From: Marinisporobacter sp.
GTDB taxonomy: Bacteria > Bacillota > Clostridia > Peptostreptococcales > Thermotaleaceae
DNA: 24,000 nt
Assembly: GCA_025210525.1 (NCBI GenBank)
Contig: JAOARP010000029.1
Span: 108,739-132,738, forward strand
Direction: 5' to 3'
The notes under the pieces are model-generated. The model had not been told where the DNA came from. It ran no database searches and was given only the letters and a program-made list of their open reading frames with translations. The position numbers were made by a program, and so were the translations under genes. Positions 9,229-18,034 of the stretch are shown here, in pieces (position 1 is the first letter of the stretch; the number at the start of each line of letters is the position of its first letter).

Positions 9229-10332
9229 TCAGGTAATAAATTTTTCCTCAAAATCAGCATATTCATAAGAAATCTTACGGAATTCTTCTTGAACATTCAT
9301 AAAAGCATCAATAATATCTGGGTCAAAGTGCTGCCCCTTTCCTTCAAGTATAATTTGAACAGCTTTTTCATGGGAATATGCTTGCTTATAAACTCGCTTG
9401 CTGATAAGTGCATCATACACATCTGCCACAGCCATAAGTCTTCCTGACAGAAAAATTTCTTCTCCTACCAGCCTATCAGGATAGCCGGTTCCATCCCATT
9501 TTTCATGATGAGAACGTGCTAGCTCCATTGCGCATTTCAAAAAAGAACTATCACCAAGATTCTTAGATGCTCTTGCTAAGGAATCATGTCCAAAAATGGT
9601 ATGCTTTTTCATTTCTTCAAACTCTTCATCTGTTAGTTTTCCGTTCTTCAATAAAATGTTATCTCTTATTCCTATTTTACCAATATCATGAAGAGGCGCT
9701 GATTTATATAGAAGCTCTATGGTTTCATTATTGAAAAACTCCTTGAACTTTGGATTTTTTTTAAGTTCCTCTGCCAATATTTTTATATAATTCTTTGTAC
9801 GCTTTATATGATCACCAGTTTCAGGATCTCGATATTCTGCCAGGCAAGCCAACGCTTCAATAGTTGCTTCCTGAGTAAGAGAAATTTCTTTTGTTCTTTC
9901 TATTACTTTTTTCTCAAGAATTTCATTTTGCTTTGATAATTCATATTTGGCAAGCTTCAAAGACAGGTGAGTAAAAACTCTAGCTTTCACCTCAAGAATT
10001 TCAAAAGGCTTGGTTACATAGTCCACTGCTCCTAGTTCAAATCCTTTTGTCTTGCTGTTTATATCTGTCATTGCGGTTAAAAATATAATAGGAATTTTTG
10101 AGGTAGCTTTATTCTCTTTAATGCGGCGGCATACTTCATATCCATCCATACCAGGCATCATGATATCCAATAAAATAATATCCGGTACTTCCATTTCTAT
10201 ATTTTCAAGGGCAGATTCTCCATCCATCGCAACGGATATCTCGTAATCGTCACCAAGTGCTTCTACAAGTATATCCACATTAACTTCCGTATCATCTACA
10301 ATTAGCACCGTACATTCTGAAAGCTTTTTCAT
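9229..10332 (-). CDS. Response regulator with HD-GYP domain (predicted c-di-GMP phosphodiesterase, RpfG-like)
   Basis: 367 aa. REC domain (VLIVDD, LLDIMMPGMDG), then LHDIGKIGI (HD) and HHEKWDGTGYP (GYP). ATG 10332 lies 1 nt after the kinase stop (10334-10336). Confidence 0.9.
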   Translation of the reverse strand: MKKLSECTVLIVDDTEVNVDILVEALGDDYEISVAMDGESALENIEMEVPDIILLDIMMPGMDGYEVCRRIKENKATSKIPIIFLTAMTDINSKTKGFELGAVDYVTKPFEILEVKARVFTHLSLKLAKYELSKQNEILEKKVIERTKEISLTQEATIEALACLAEYRDPETGDHIKRTKNYIKILAEELKKNPKFKEFFNNETIELLYKSAPLHDIGKIGIRDNILLKNGKLTDEEFEEMKKHTIFGHDSLARASKNLGDSSFLKCAMELARSHHEKWDGTGYPDRLVGEEIFLSGRLMAVADVYDALISKRVYKQAYSHEKAVQIILEGKGQHFDPDIIDAFMNVQEEFRKISYEYADFEEKFIT

Positions 10333-10333
10333 G

Positions 10334-13060
10334 TCATGTCAACTCCTTCAAGCTTGTTATCAATGTTTCCAGTATATACATTGCTTCTTTAAATTTATAT
10401 TTTGAAATAAGTTTTACAATATCTGCAGCTTGCCTTCGAAATTGAAGGGGCCATATTAATTTTTTATATTCTTCCATGATTTTAGAACATTTTTTAGGTT
10501 TTCGTGTTTTTACAAAGGGCTTAAGATCATTCAAAACTTTTAATAATTCCTCCTGTGTGGAAACAGTCCCCATTAACTGCGGCACATTCTCTTCTTCCGG
10601 AAGTGCATTCTCCAAATACTCTATCATTTTTGCAAGTATTACACTTGTTTCATCAATCATGATCTTTAGCGCATCCATTGAAGCCTGCTCCCTGATAGCT
10701 GTTTCCAGGTCAGCAGCCTTTTTTTGAATTGCAATAGCACCAATGCTGCCAGATACGCTCTTTAAAGTATGGACAAGCCGTTCTGCTGAGGACCAGTCTC
10801 CTTCTGAAAGCATCTGATCTATTTGTACAAAAATATATTTTTGTCCTGATATGTATTTTCTAAGTAAATTAATGTAGGATTTCTTTTTACCAAGTACTCT
10901 TTTTAATCCCATTTCTGCATCCAAACCGGGTATATTCAGTTCCAATCCATTTTCTACTGAATTCATTGACATCTGCTGCACTTGTTTCTCCTTTGATTGT
11001 TTAGTGGGAATCCATTTCAGAAGAGTTGAAAACAATTGCTCGGGATCAATGGGTTTTGCAATATGGTCATTCATTCCTGCTTCCGCACACTTCTCCTTAT
11101 CACCTACCATAGCATTTGCCGTCATTGCAATAATAGGTAGTGATACATACTCTATTTTTTTCCTAATTTCCTTTGTAGCCGTTACTCCGTCCATGACAGG
11201 CATCTGCATATCCATAAGCACAATATCATAGAACTCTTCATTAACTTTCTTAACGGCAATTTCTCCATTTTCAGCAATATCAATGAGAAAGCCGTAATCC
11301 TCCAGTAGTTCCACCGCAACCTGCTGATTCAGTTCATTATCTTCCACCAGTAATATACGTGCACCGCAGATAGATGCAAGATATTTTTCCGCAATATTAA
11401 TAGGACAATATTCCTCTTCTTCTCTTTCTTCAGTTTCACTTTCTCCTAATATTCGAAGTACAGAGTCAAGAAGCACTATGGAATTTACCGGTTTAACGAG
11501 AACCATCTCAATACCCGCATCTTCTGCTTCCTGGAAAACTTCCTCACGACCATATGCCGTTACTATGACATAGTGAGGTTTTGTTTTCAATGTCATTTTA
11601 TCTATTCTTTTTATGGTTTCTATACCCTTCAATCCTGGCATTTGCAAATCCATAAATACAATATCAAAAGGATCATTTCCATTATTAACTTTACCAATAA
11701 CCTGTAAAGCCTGTTCCCCTGATGCTGCTTCCATTACGTGTAAATTCATAGCCCTAAGCATTTCTGAAAGTATAATTCTTGCATGAAAATTATCATCCAC
11801 TACAAGCACCTTTCCATTCACTAAATTTGTAGAAGGTAGATAAGCTTTTTCCGTTGCTTTACTTATACCTAATTTAGCAGTAAACCAGAAGGTGCTTCCT
11901 TTACCTATTTCTGTTTTAACGCCTACATCCCCATCCATCAAATTAGCCAATTTTTTAGAAATAGCAAGGCCCAATCCAGTACCACCATATTTTCTTGTTA
12001 TAGAAGTATCACACTGCTGAAAAGATTTGAACAGCTTATTTTTCTGTTCTTCTGTCATCCCAATTCCCGTATCCTGAACTTCAAACTTCACCAAACATTC
12101 ATTTTCCCATTCAGTTTTTTTACGAATTCCTACAATGATTTCTCCTTTATCTGTAAATTTAACAGCATTATTTGTGTAGTTTATTAGAATTTGACCTAAC
12201 CGCAGTGGATCTCCACATAGGTCATTCGGTAATTCAGGATCAAGGTCAAAAATTAACTCAAGCCCCTTAGAGGAGCACTTTTCACCAATAACAGTTAGCA
12301 GGTTATCCAGTACTTGATCCAGTTTGAAATCTATTTTTTCAATTTCCAGTTTGCCTGATTCTATTTTTGAAAAATCCAATATATCGTTAATAATTCCCAA
12401 TAGATGCTGACTGGATTTCTGTATTTTATCAATGTAATCCTTTTGCTTTGGGTTTAAGTCTGTTTTTTGAATTAAGTAAGTCATTCCCATAATAGCATTC
12501 ATAGGTGTTCGAATTTCATGGCTCATGTTAGCAAGAAAATCTACCTTAGCTTGTGCAGCTACTTCTGAAATATTTTTAGCCTTTTTTAACTCTTCTGCAT
12601 AAACAATTAGTTCATCATTCTTTTTTTTAAGTTCATTCATCAACTCAGCTCTTGAGGGTAGTAAGAGTTCTCTTCTTATTTTGTCAATAAAATCATCGGT
12701 AATAAAAAAACTTGAATCACTTAAATTAGAATATGCCTCCACAGTTAATGAACCATCTTTTGAATTTTCCATATAGAATTTATCAAAAAACTCATTTCCA
12801 AAGAAATAATTTCCGCTATTTGGCATTCGACTAAATCTGAACATAAGTGCTTTCAGGTTATTGATCTCAGTTATGAAAGTTGAAATTAATATTTCATTAT
12901 CACCCCGGTAGCCTATTCTGCACATTTCTGATATAGCAATTTCAATTCTTGTAGCCTTAATTTCGGAATAATTGAACTTCTTAACAAGTCGCTGAATTTT
13001 TTTTCTAGCTTCTATTCTAGAATCTGTGTTGGTAACTTTAATAACACCTAATTCAATCAT
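10334..13060 (-). CDS. Cytoplasmic hybrid histidine kinase: N-terminal RsbT-like degenerate domain, coiled coil, HisKA, HATPase_c, REC, REC, Hpt
   Basis: 908 aa with no TM segment. H-box [14 protein letters not shown]; G-boxes QDTGIGM and [16 protein letters not shown]1 reads [14 protein letters not shown] and REC2 reads [18 protein letters not shown]. Hpt motif [12 protein letters not shown]. Confidence 0.9.
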   Translation of the reverse strand: MIELGVIKVTNTDSRIEARKKIQRLVKKFNYSEIKATRIEIAISEMCRIGYRGDNEILISTFITEINNLKALMFRFSRMPNSGNYFFGNEFFDKFYMENSKDGSLTVEAYSNLSDSSFFITDDFIDKIRRELLLPSRAELMNELKKKNDELIVYAEELKKAKNISEVAAQAKVDFLANMSHEIRTPMNAIMGMTYLIQKTDLNPKQKDYIDKIQKSSQHLLGIINDILDFSKIESGKLEIEKIDFKLDQVLDNLLTVIGEKCSSKGLELIFDLDPELPNDLCGDPLRLGQILINYTNNAVKFTDKGEIIVGIRKKTEWENECLVKFEVQDTGIGMTEEQKNKLFKSFQQCDTSITRKYGGTGLGLAISKKLANLMDGDVGVKTEIGKGSTFWFTAKLGISKATEKAYLPSTNLVNGKVLVVDDNFHARIILSEMLRAMNLHVMEAASGEQALQVIGKVNNGNDPFDIVFMDLQMPGLKGIETIKRIDKMTLKTKPHYVIVTAYGREEVFQEAEDAGIEMVLVKPVNSIVLLDSVLRILGESETEEREEEEYCPINIAEKYLASICGARILLVEDNELNQQVAVELLEDYGFLIDIAENGEIAVKKVNEEFYDIVLMDMQMPVMDGVTATKEIRKKIEYVSLPIIAMTANAMVGDKEKCAEAGMNDHIAKPIDPEQLFSTLLKWIPTKQSKEKQVQQMSMNSVENGLELNIPGLDAEMGLKRVLGKKKSYINLLRKYISGQKYIFVQIDQMLSEGDWSSAERLVHTLKSVSGSIGAIAIQKKAADLETAIREQASMDALKIMIDETSVILAKMIEYLENALPEEENVPQLMGTVSTQEELLKVLNDLKPFVKTRKPKKCSKIMEEYKKLIWPLQFRRQAADIVKLISKYKFKEAMYILETLITSLKELT

Positions 13061-13084
13061 ATTTCTTTACCTCTTCCCAAAATT

Positions 13085-13672
13085 CTACATTGAATATTTT
13101 AATACAATGCAAGATGCATCATCGTTTTTTTTCCAAAAATACTCCAATATCCTGGCGGCGATACTCCCGGCATTTTCTCTTAATAATCCCACATAATTAA
13201 TCAGATCAAAATGTTCCTTAATACCATCAGAATGCATAAGTATCGTATCTCCAGGATAAAGCTTCATACGATGCTTTTGAGGTTTTCTCATCCTGTAGCC
13301 TATTGTTCCATCCTTGGGAATAAGTCTGGTTGGCTTTGTTCCAAAAATTCTCACAGTAATATTTCCAATTCCAACATAGGTTAATTCCCCTGTCAAAATA
13401 TCTAAATGACACACCGCCGCCACAGCTCCCCTTGTTCCTTTTAAATGTTCATGGAGACCATTGATCATGTCTGTAAGGTCCATCCGATAATTATTTTTCA
13501 GATATTTCTTAGCTGAAAGAGCTATTTTTCTTGCTTCTGAACCATGTCCAAGTACATCAATCAATGCAAGAAAACATTGATGATCATATTCCTGGATTAC
13601 TCCTATATCACCGCATTCCGATTCATCTCCCAGCAGAGCTCGAAAAGTCATTCCTAAATCAATATTTCGCAT
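13085..13672 (-). CDS. rsbX: RsbX-like PP2C/SpoIIE-family phosphatase
   Basis: About 195 aa, close to the 199 aa of B. subtilis RsbX. Motifs seen: ECGD, ALIDVLGHGSEA, YVGIGN, MHSDGI. ATG 13672 forms a TAATG overlap with the upstream stop; the track's GTG 13684 is also possible. Confidence 0.7.
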   Translation of the reverse strand: MRNIDLGMTFRALLGDESECGDIGVIQEYDHQCFLALIDVLGHGSEARKIALSAKKYLKNNYRMDLTDMINGLHEHLKGTRGAVAAVCHLDILTGELTYVGIGNITVRIFGTKPTRLIPKDGTIGYRMRKPQKHRMKLYPGDTILMHSDGIKEHFDLINYVGLLRENAGSIAARILEYFWKKNDDASCIVLKYSM

Positions 13673-14133
13673 TATTTCATCCACCTTCGCACAAGCACTC
13701 GAGTTCCCCTTCCCATTAAAGATTCCATATAAAATTCGTCCATAATTCTTTTTACACTGGGTAAACCAAGTCCTAAACTATTTGGTAATGAGCTATATTG
13801 TTCTTGCATAGCAAGTTCAATATCTCTTATTCCAGGGCCATTATCACTTGCATATATTTCAAGTCCTTTTCGTCCATCTTTTAGATTTTTAATAATACTA
13901 ATAATCATCTCACCTTTTTTAGCATAACGTATAATATTTGTCGATAATTCAGAAGCAGCTGTGGCAATCATCACTTCATCAGTACTCATAAAGCCCGCTT
14001 TTACTGACATTTCCCTAGCAATAAATATCACATGTCCATTATCATAATCCTCTACCAACTTAACCAATACTGATTCTAGTATATTTACATTCTTACCTTG
14101 GAAAAGCGTGAATTCCCCTTCTAATTTATCCAT
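13672..14133 (-). CDS. rsbT: RsbT-like anti-sigma-regulatory-factor-type Ser/Thr kinase (GHKL)
   Basis: 153 aa. N-box ASELSTNIIRYA, G1 SDNGPGI, G2 LGLGLPSVKRIMDEF. TAATG overlap with the rsbS-like stop. Confidence 0.8.
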   Translation of the reverse strand: MDKLEGEFTLFQGKNVNILESVLVKLVEDYDNGHVIFIAREMSVKAGFMSTDEVMIATAASELSTNIIRYAKKGEMIISIIKNLKDGRKGLEIYASDNGPGIRDIELAMQEQYSSLPNSLGLGLPSVKRIMDEFYMESLMGRGTRVLVRRWMK

Positions 14134-14528
14134 TACTTATTACCTCTACTCTTATTCAATTGAGCTCTGGAAATGATCTTAAGACCTTGCTCTAAATTCA
14201 TTGCCGTTTTTATACAGCTTACATCTACATTTAAATCCAATAAAGCAGACACTACACCCGGTCTCAGACCAATCCATACAACCATTACTCCCATTAGTGA
14301 AATTGCCTTTGAAGCTTTTCTTAGTGCTTCAAAACTATATGAATCCAATACAGATACTATACTTAAATCAAATATTGTCCCTTTGATATAAGAATTATTT
14401 GCTTTCATTAGTACCCTGCTGCTGCCAATTTCTATATCCTCATCTGTCATTTCATTTGGTAATGTTACTATAAGGCATCTCTGTACTACCGTAATAGATG
14501 TATTTAAACTACTATTCAAATCACTCAT
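14133..14528 (-). CDS. rsbS: RsbS-like single-STAS-domain protein
   Basis: 131 aa. IFDLSIVSVLDSYSFEAL..LMGVMVVWIGLRPGVVSALLDLNV..LEQGL lines up with B. subtilis RsbS around the phosphorylatable Ser (the D-S dipeptide is conserved). Confidence 0.75.
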   Translation of the reverse strand: MSDLNSSLNTSITVVQRCLIVTLPNEMTDEDIEIGSSRVLMKANNSYIKGTIFDLSIVSVLDSYSFEALRKASKAISLMGVMVVWIGLRPGVVSALLDLNVDVSCIKTAMNLEQGLKIISRAQLNKSRGNK

Positions 14529-14543
14529 ATCGATACTTCCTTA

Positions 14544-15353
14544 CTATTCATTTTTCTTTTTTACTTCTAGATTTAATATTGTAAAAGCTTCTGCAAGTGC
14601 ATCACTTAAAGTAGACTTTGTGTTTATATTATCCATCTCAATACCTAACTGAATAATGGTTTGTGCTACTGCAGGACTTATCCCTGAAAGTATACATTCA
14701 CACCCCATAAGCTTTGTAGCCTTTGTTATTTTAATCATATGGTTTGCTACTGCTGTATCTACAGCAGCCACACCATGAATGTCCATAATGATAACTTTTG
14801 AATAGGTTTCGATAATTTTATTCAACATGGTATCCATCATATGCTGAGCTCTCATTGAATCCACAATCCCTACCACAGGGAGAACCAATACTCCATCCCA
14901 CAGCTTTATAGTCGGTGTTGCCATTTCACGTATGGTGCGGTTTTGTTCCCTTACCCTTTCTTCATATTGAGCTCGTTCCGTCATATCAACAATAAACTCA
15001 AGCCCTCCAATTACAACATTGTTTTCATTCTTTAAAGGTACTGCAAAATATTCAAAGGGTGTATTCACACCCCCTATTATCGCTTCATTTCGAGAAGAAC
15101 ACATTTTTCCGCTTTCAAGGGTTCTCTTCATACGGCATTCATCCGTATTGCAGTGCAGGGATTTTAAGAACTCACAGCACTTTTTTCCTACAATTTCTTT
15201 CCATTTTTTATTGCTAATCTTTTGGAAAGCATGATTCATATAGATTATCCTTAATTCTTTATCTACTGCCATTACCGGAGTAGGGATTTGATCAAGAATT
15301 TGCATTTTAGTCATAGTAGTTGCTTCTTGAAAATTTTCAGTGATCTTTTTCAT
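14544..15353 (-). CDS. rsbR: RsbR-like stressosome sensor: Cys-rich PAS domain + C-terminal STAS
   Basis: The STAS region IMDIHGVAAVDTAVANH..LMGCECILSGISPAVAQTIIQLGI retains both RsbR-type Thr positions (VDT, AQT). The N-terminal PAS-like fold carries C60 C61 H68 C69 C74 C86 (track numbering). ATG 15353 with SD AGGAGG is preferred over the track's TTG 15356. Confidence 0.75.
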   Translation of the reverse strand: MKKITENFQEATTMTKMQILDQIPTPVMAVDKELRIIYMNHAFQKISNKKWKEIVGKKCCEFLKSLHCNTDECRMKRTLESGKMCSSRNEAIIGGVNTPFEYFAVPLKNENNVVIGGLEFIVDMTERAQYEERVREQNRTIREMATPTIKLWDGVLVLPVVGIVDSMRAQHMMDTMLNKIIETYSKVIIMDIHGVAAVDTAVANHMIKITKATKLMGCECILSGISPAVAQTIIQLGIEMDNINTKSTLSDALAEAFTILNLEVKKKNE

Positions 15354-15750
15354 CAATTTCCTCCTTGATAATTTCTTTTTATATATTATTTAATTAGGCC
15401 ACATGTAGAATATATAGTTTCACGTAAATATAGTTTTTAAATTTAAACCTTATATTTTCAACATTATTTCTAAATATATTATATTATCTTTGTACAATTA
15501 TAGAACTTATGGCATTGTTGAAATTTTATAATAATAAAAAATGAAAAATACTTTGGTGATATATAGTAACAGTCATCAATTAACTATTGATAATATTGTT
15601 TAGTTACTAAAAACCTTTCCCAAGAATTTATATTCTTAAGAAAGATAAGATTAAACTTTTTAAGCATTTAAAAAGTTTAGTATGAATGCATAAATATTTT
15701 TCAATTATTATAAATTTATTCAGTTATTATCCTTAAATTGTAATTATAGT

Positions 15751-15782
15751 AAAAAAAAGCTACCTCTTTGATTGAGATAGCT
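15751..15782 (-). terminator. Rho-independent terminator (copy 1 of a repeated hairpin module)
   Basis: On the minus strand, AGCTATCTC-AATCAAA-GAGGTAGCT (one G-U pair) is followed by T8. It is nearly identical to the hairpin at 23275-23302. Confidence 0.55.
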
Positions 15783-15896
15783 TTCATCTTATCTGCTAGT
15801 AATGTATAAATTAGCTTTACCTATTTGTATTTTTATTTCTTTTTCTATATGATTATTTTTTTCAGAATGCTTTTGAGAAATTATATTTTCTCTAGT

Positions 15897-15931
15897 AAAA
15901 GTGCCTGATGTCCAAAGCTCCAGGCACTTTT
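15897..15931. terminator. Bidirectional hairpin terminator after the small membrane protein gene
   Basis: GTGCCTG (15901-15907) pairs with CAGGCAC (15921-15927), flanked by AAAA on the left and TTTT on the right. Confidence 0.6.
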
Positions 15932-15955
15932 AAAATTATAGAATTTGATTATTTA

Positions 15956-16369
15956 CTATTTGTGATTCACTTCTGCCATATAAATCTTTGAATTCATTCT
16001 GCCTGCAATATCTATTGCTTCTCCGACATCATCCACTGATAAAATAAACCTTCTAGATACCACATCCTTACCAATATGCAGTTCCACATTTGGTCTGGAT
16101 TTGATTGAATCTGTATGAATTGTGTTTATTTCGGTCCAGTCCCACATATTATGAAACTGGACTCCACAGATAGTGTACAGAATATCCACTCCTTCTTGTG
16201 AAATCACATGTTTTCTGTCAGAAAAAGTGGCAAGAATCATGATAATTCCAAATGGCAGGTAAAACCAGTTATGATTTACAGCTGCGTTATAAACAACATA
16301 AACTCCAAAGATGATAACTGCCACTTTTACCCACAGTTTTCGTTCCGGCATGATTCCGTAATATTCCAT
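15956..16369 (-). CDS. Hypothetical small membrane protein (two TM helices + soluble C-terminal domain)
   Basis: 137 aa. Hydrophobic segments WVKVAVIIFGVYVVY and WFYLPFGIIMILATF. SD AGAGAGGTGA upstream. No recognisable motif. Confidence 0.5.
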   Translation of the reverse strand: MEYYGIMPERKLWVKVAVIIFGVYVVYNAAVNHNWFYLPFGIIMILATFSDRKHVISQEGVDILYTICGVQFHNMWDWTEINTIHTDSIKSRPNVELHIGKDVVSRRFILSVDDVGEAIDIAGRMNSKIYMAEVNHK

Positions 16370-16403
16370 AGTATCACCTCTCTTATATTAGCTAGATTTG
16401 TTT

Positions 16404-17924
16404 CTATACGTTCTTACATAATCCAGCAGTTCTTCTTTCTGCAAGAGCCTTCATAGCCTTTTCATGTGCTTCTTCAGGTGCACCAGCAGGTCCATGACCC
16501 TTTTTTAGCTTACCAAACATATTAGTTCTTGATCCATCAGCATATAAAATATTTCCACCCCAGCTTGCAGTAATAATAGCATAAATAGGGTTGATAATAT
16601 TCATGAAGCAAAATGGCAAGTATGACAGTGTTGGAACTCCAAGTATTGCTGAATGGTATGCACCGCAAGATGACCAAGGGATAAGTGGTGACCATAAAGT
16701 ACCACCGTCTTCAAGTGTTCTTGACAGCATGTTCCTACCAAGACCCATTTCGTCAAAGTTGTCCTTATACATTGATGAAGGAATGATTAATCCTAAGTAC
16801 TGATCGCACATAGTTGTGATACAGAACATTGAAGTCGTAATAGTAACAACAACTAACTGGAATGGAGTCTTAACTTTCTTGATAAGTCCACCAAGAAGTG
16901 ATTCTACTGAACCAATCTTCTGAAGTATACCACCAAAAGCAACCGCAACTATTACAAGATTGTTAGTCCAAAGCATACTATCCATACCACCTCTGTTTAC
17001 AAGCTTTGCAAACAGTGCGTTTTGTGATTCAGCTGCATATCCATAGTGTAACATTTGGATGCAGTCAGAGATTCCGGCACCCTGGAAAATTAAAGCAAAT
17101 GCACATCCAATCAAGGAAAGAAGTACAACTGAAGGAATAGCTGGCATCTTTATTACTGCTACTACTATAATCAGTAAAATAGGAATAAGAAGAATTGGAC
17201 TCATATATGTATAGTGGTCCATGATTGAAGCTGATAACTCATTTGCAAGAGTAGGGTCATAGTTGCCAACCTTTGAAAGTGAGAAAAATGCATATATACA
17301 TATTGCAATGATTACACTTGGTAAAGTTGTAGTTACCATAGCTCCTACATGATCAAAAAGTCCAGTCTGTGCAGAACCAGCAGCCAGATTTGTTGAATCT
17401 GAAAGTGGTGAGAATTTATCGCCACAACATGCGCCTGAAAGAATAGCACCTGCAATAAGTGCTGGATTTAGTCCCATTGTTGTACCTATAGCCATAAATG
17501 CAATACCAAGAGTTGCTGTTACTGTCCATGCTGATCCAAGTGCAACACCTACAACTGCACAAAGAACTGTTACACATGGAAGGAATATAGCCGGTGTAAG
17601 TAGCTTCAGCCCATAATAGACTACCGCCGGGATAGTTCCACATGCAGTAAATGAACCAATCAGACATCCCACAAGAAGAATTATAATTATTGCTTCAAGA
17701 GACTGATTAACAGATTCAAGACCTGCAGCAAGCATTTCCTTGTAGTTGTAGCCGCACAGTTTTCCAATAATCATGGCAACTCCACATGCAAGAGTTACAG
17801 GAATATGAGGATCCATTCCCCAGCCAAGTGCATAGTTTGTGATCATTACTGTCAGAAGAAAAACAATTGGAATAAGCGCTTCCACTTTGTTAGGCAATCT
17901 GACTATTTTGTTTTTTTCACTCAT
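16404..17924 (-). CDS. nhaC: NhaC-family Na+/H+ antiporter-like transporter
   Basis: Polytopic membrane protein of about 505 aa with the glycine/alanine-rich helices typical of the NhaC family. Start moved to ATG 17924 (MSEKNK..), which has SD GGAGGTG 7 nt upstream. Confidence 0.7.
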   Translation of the reverse strand: MSEKNKIVRLPNKVEALIPIVFLLTVMITNYALGWGMDPHIPVTLACGVAMIIGKLCGYNYKEMLAAGLESVNQSLEAIIIILLVGCLIGSFTACGTIPAVVYYGLKLLTPAIFLPCVTVLCAVVGVALGSAWTVTATLGIAFMAIGTTMGLNPALIAGAILSGACCGDKFSPLSDSTNLAAGSAQTGLFDHVGAMVTTTLPSVIIAICIYAFFSLSKVGNYDPTLANELSASIMDHYTYMSPILLIPILLIIVVAVIKMPAIPSVVLLSLIGCAFALIFQGAGISDCIQMLHYGYAAESQNALFAKLVNRGGMDSMLWTNNLVIVAVAFGGILQKIGSVESLLGGLIKKVKTPFQLVVVTITTSMFCITTMCDQYLGLIIPSSMYKDNFDEMGLGRNMLSRTLEDGGTLWSPLIPWSSCGAYHSAILGVPTLSYLPFCFMNIINPIYAIITASWGGNILYADGSRTNMFGKLKKGHGPAGAPEEAHEKAMKALAERRTAGLCKNV

Positions 17925-18034
17925 AAAAACACCTCCGAAGATATAATGATTTATCAAATTACAATCCCATCATAATATTCTCTCCGTCAAGGAAGTGTCA
18001 ATAAATATGAATATTAGTCAATTTTTTTTAATAT

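Noticed and set aside
9163-9447. 94-aa plus-strand ORF
   Set aside because: It begins inside the terminator hairpin and runs antisense to the HD-GYP regulator's 3' end. There are no coding signals.
13085-15353. Annotating the RsbR/S/T/X-like genes as regulators of sigma-B
   Set aside because: No rsbU, rsbV, rsbW or sigB-like gene is visible. The genes are contiguous with a phosphorelay, so only the module type is called, not a sigma-B function.
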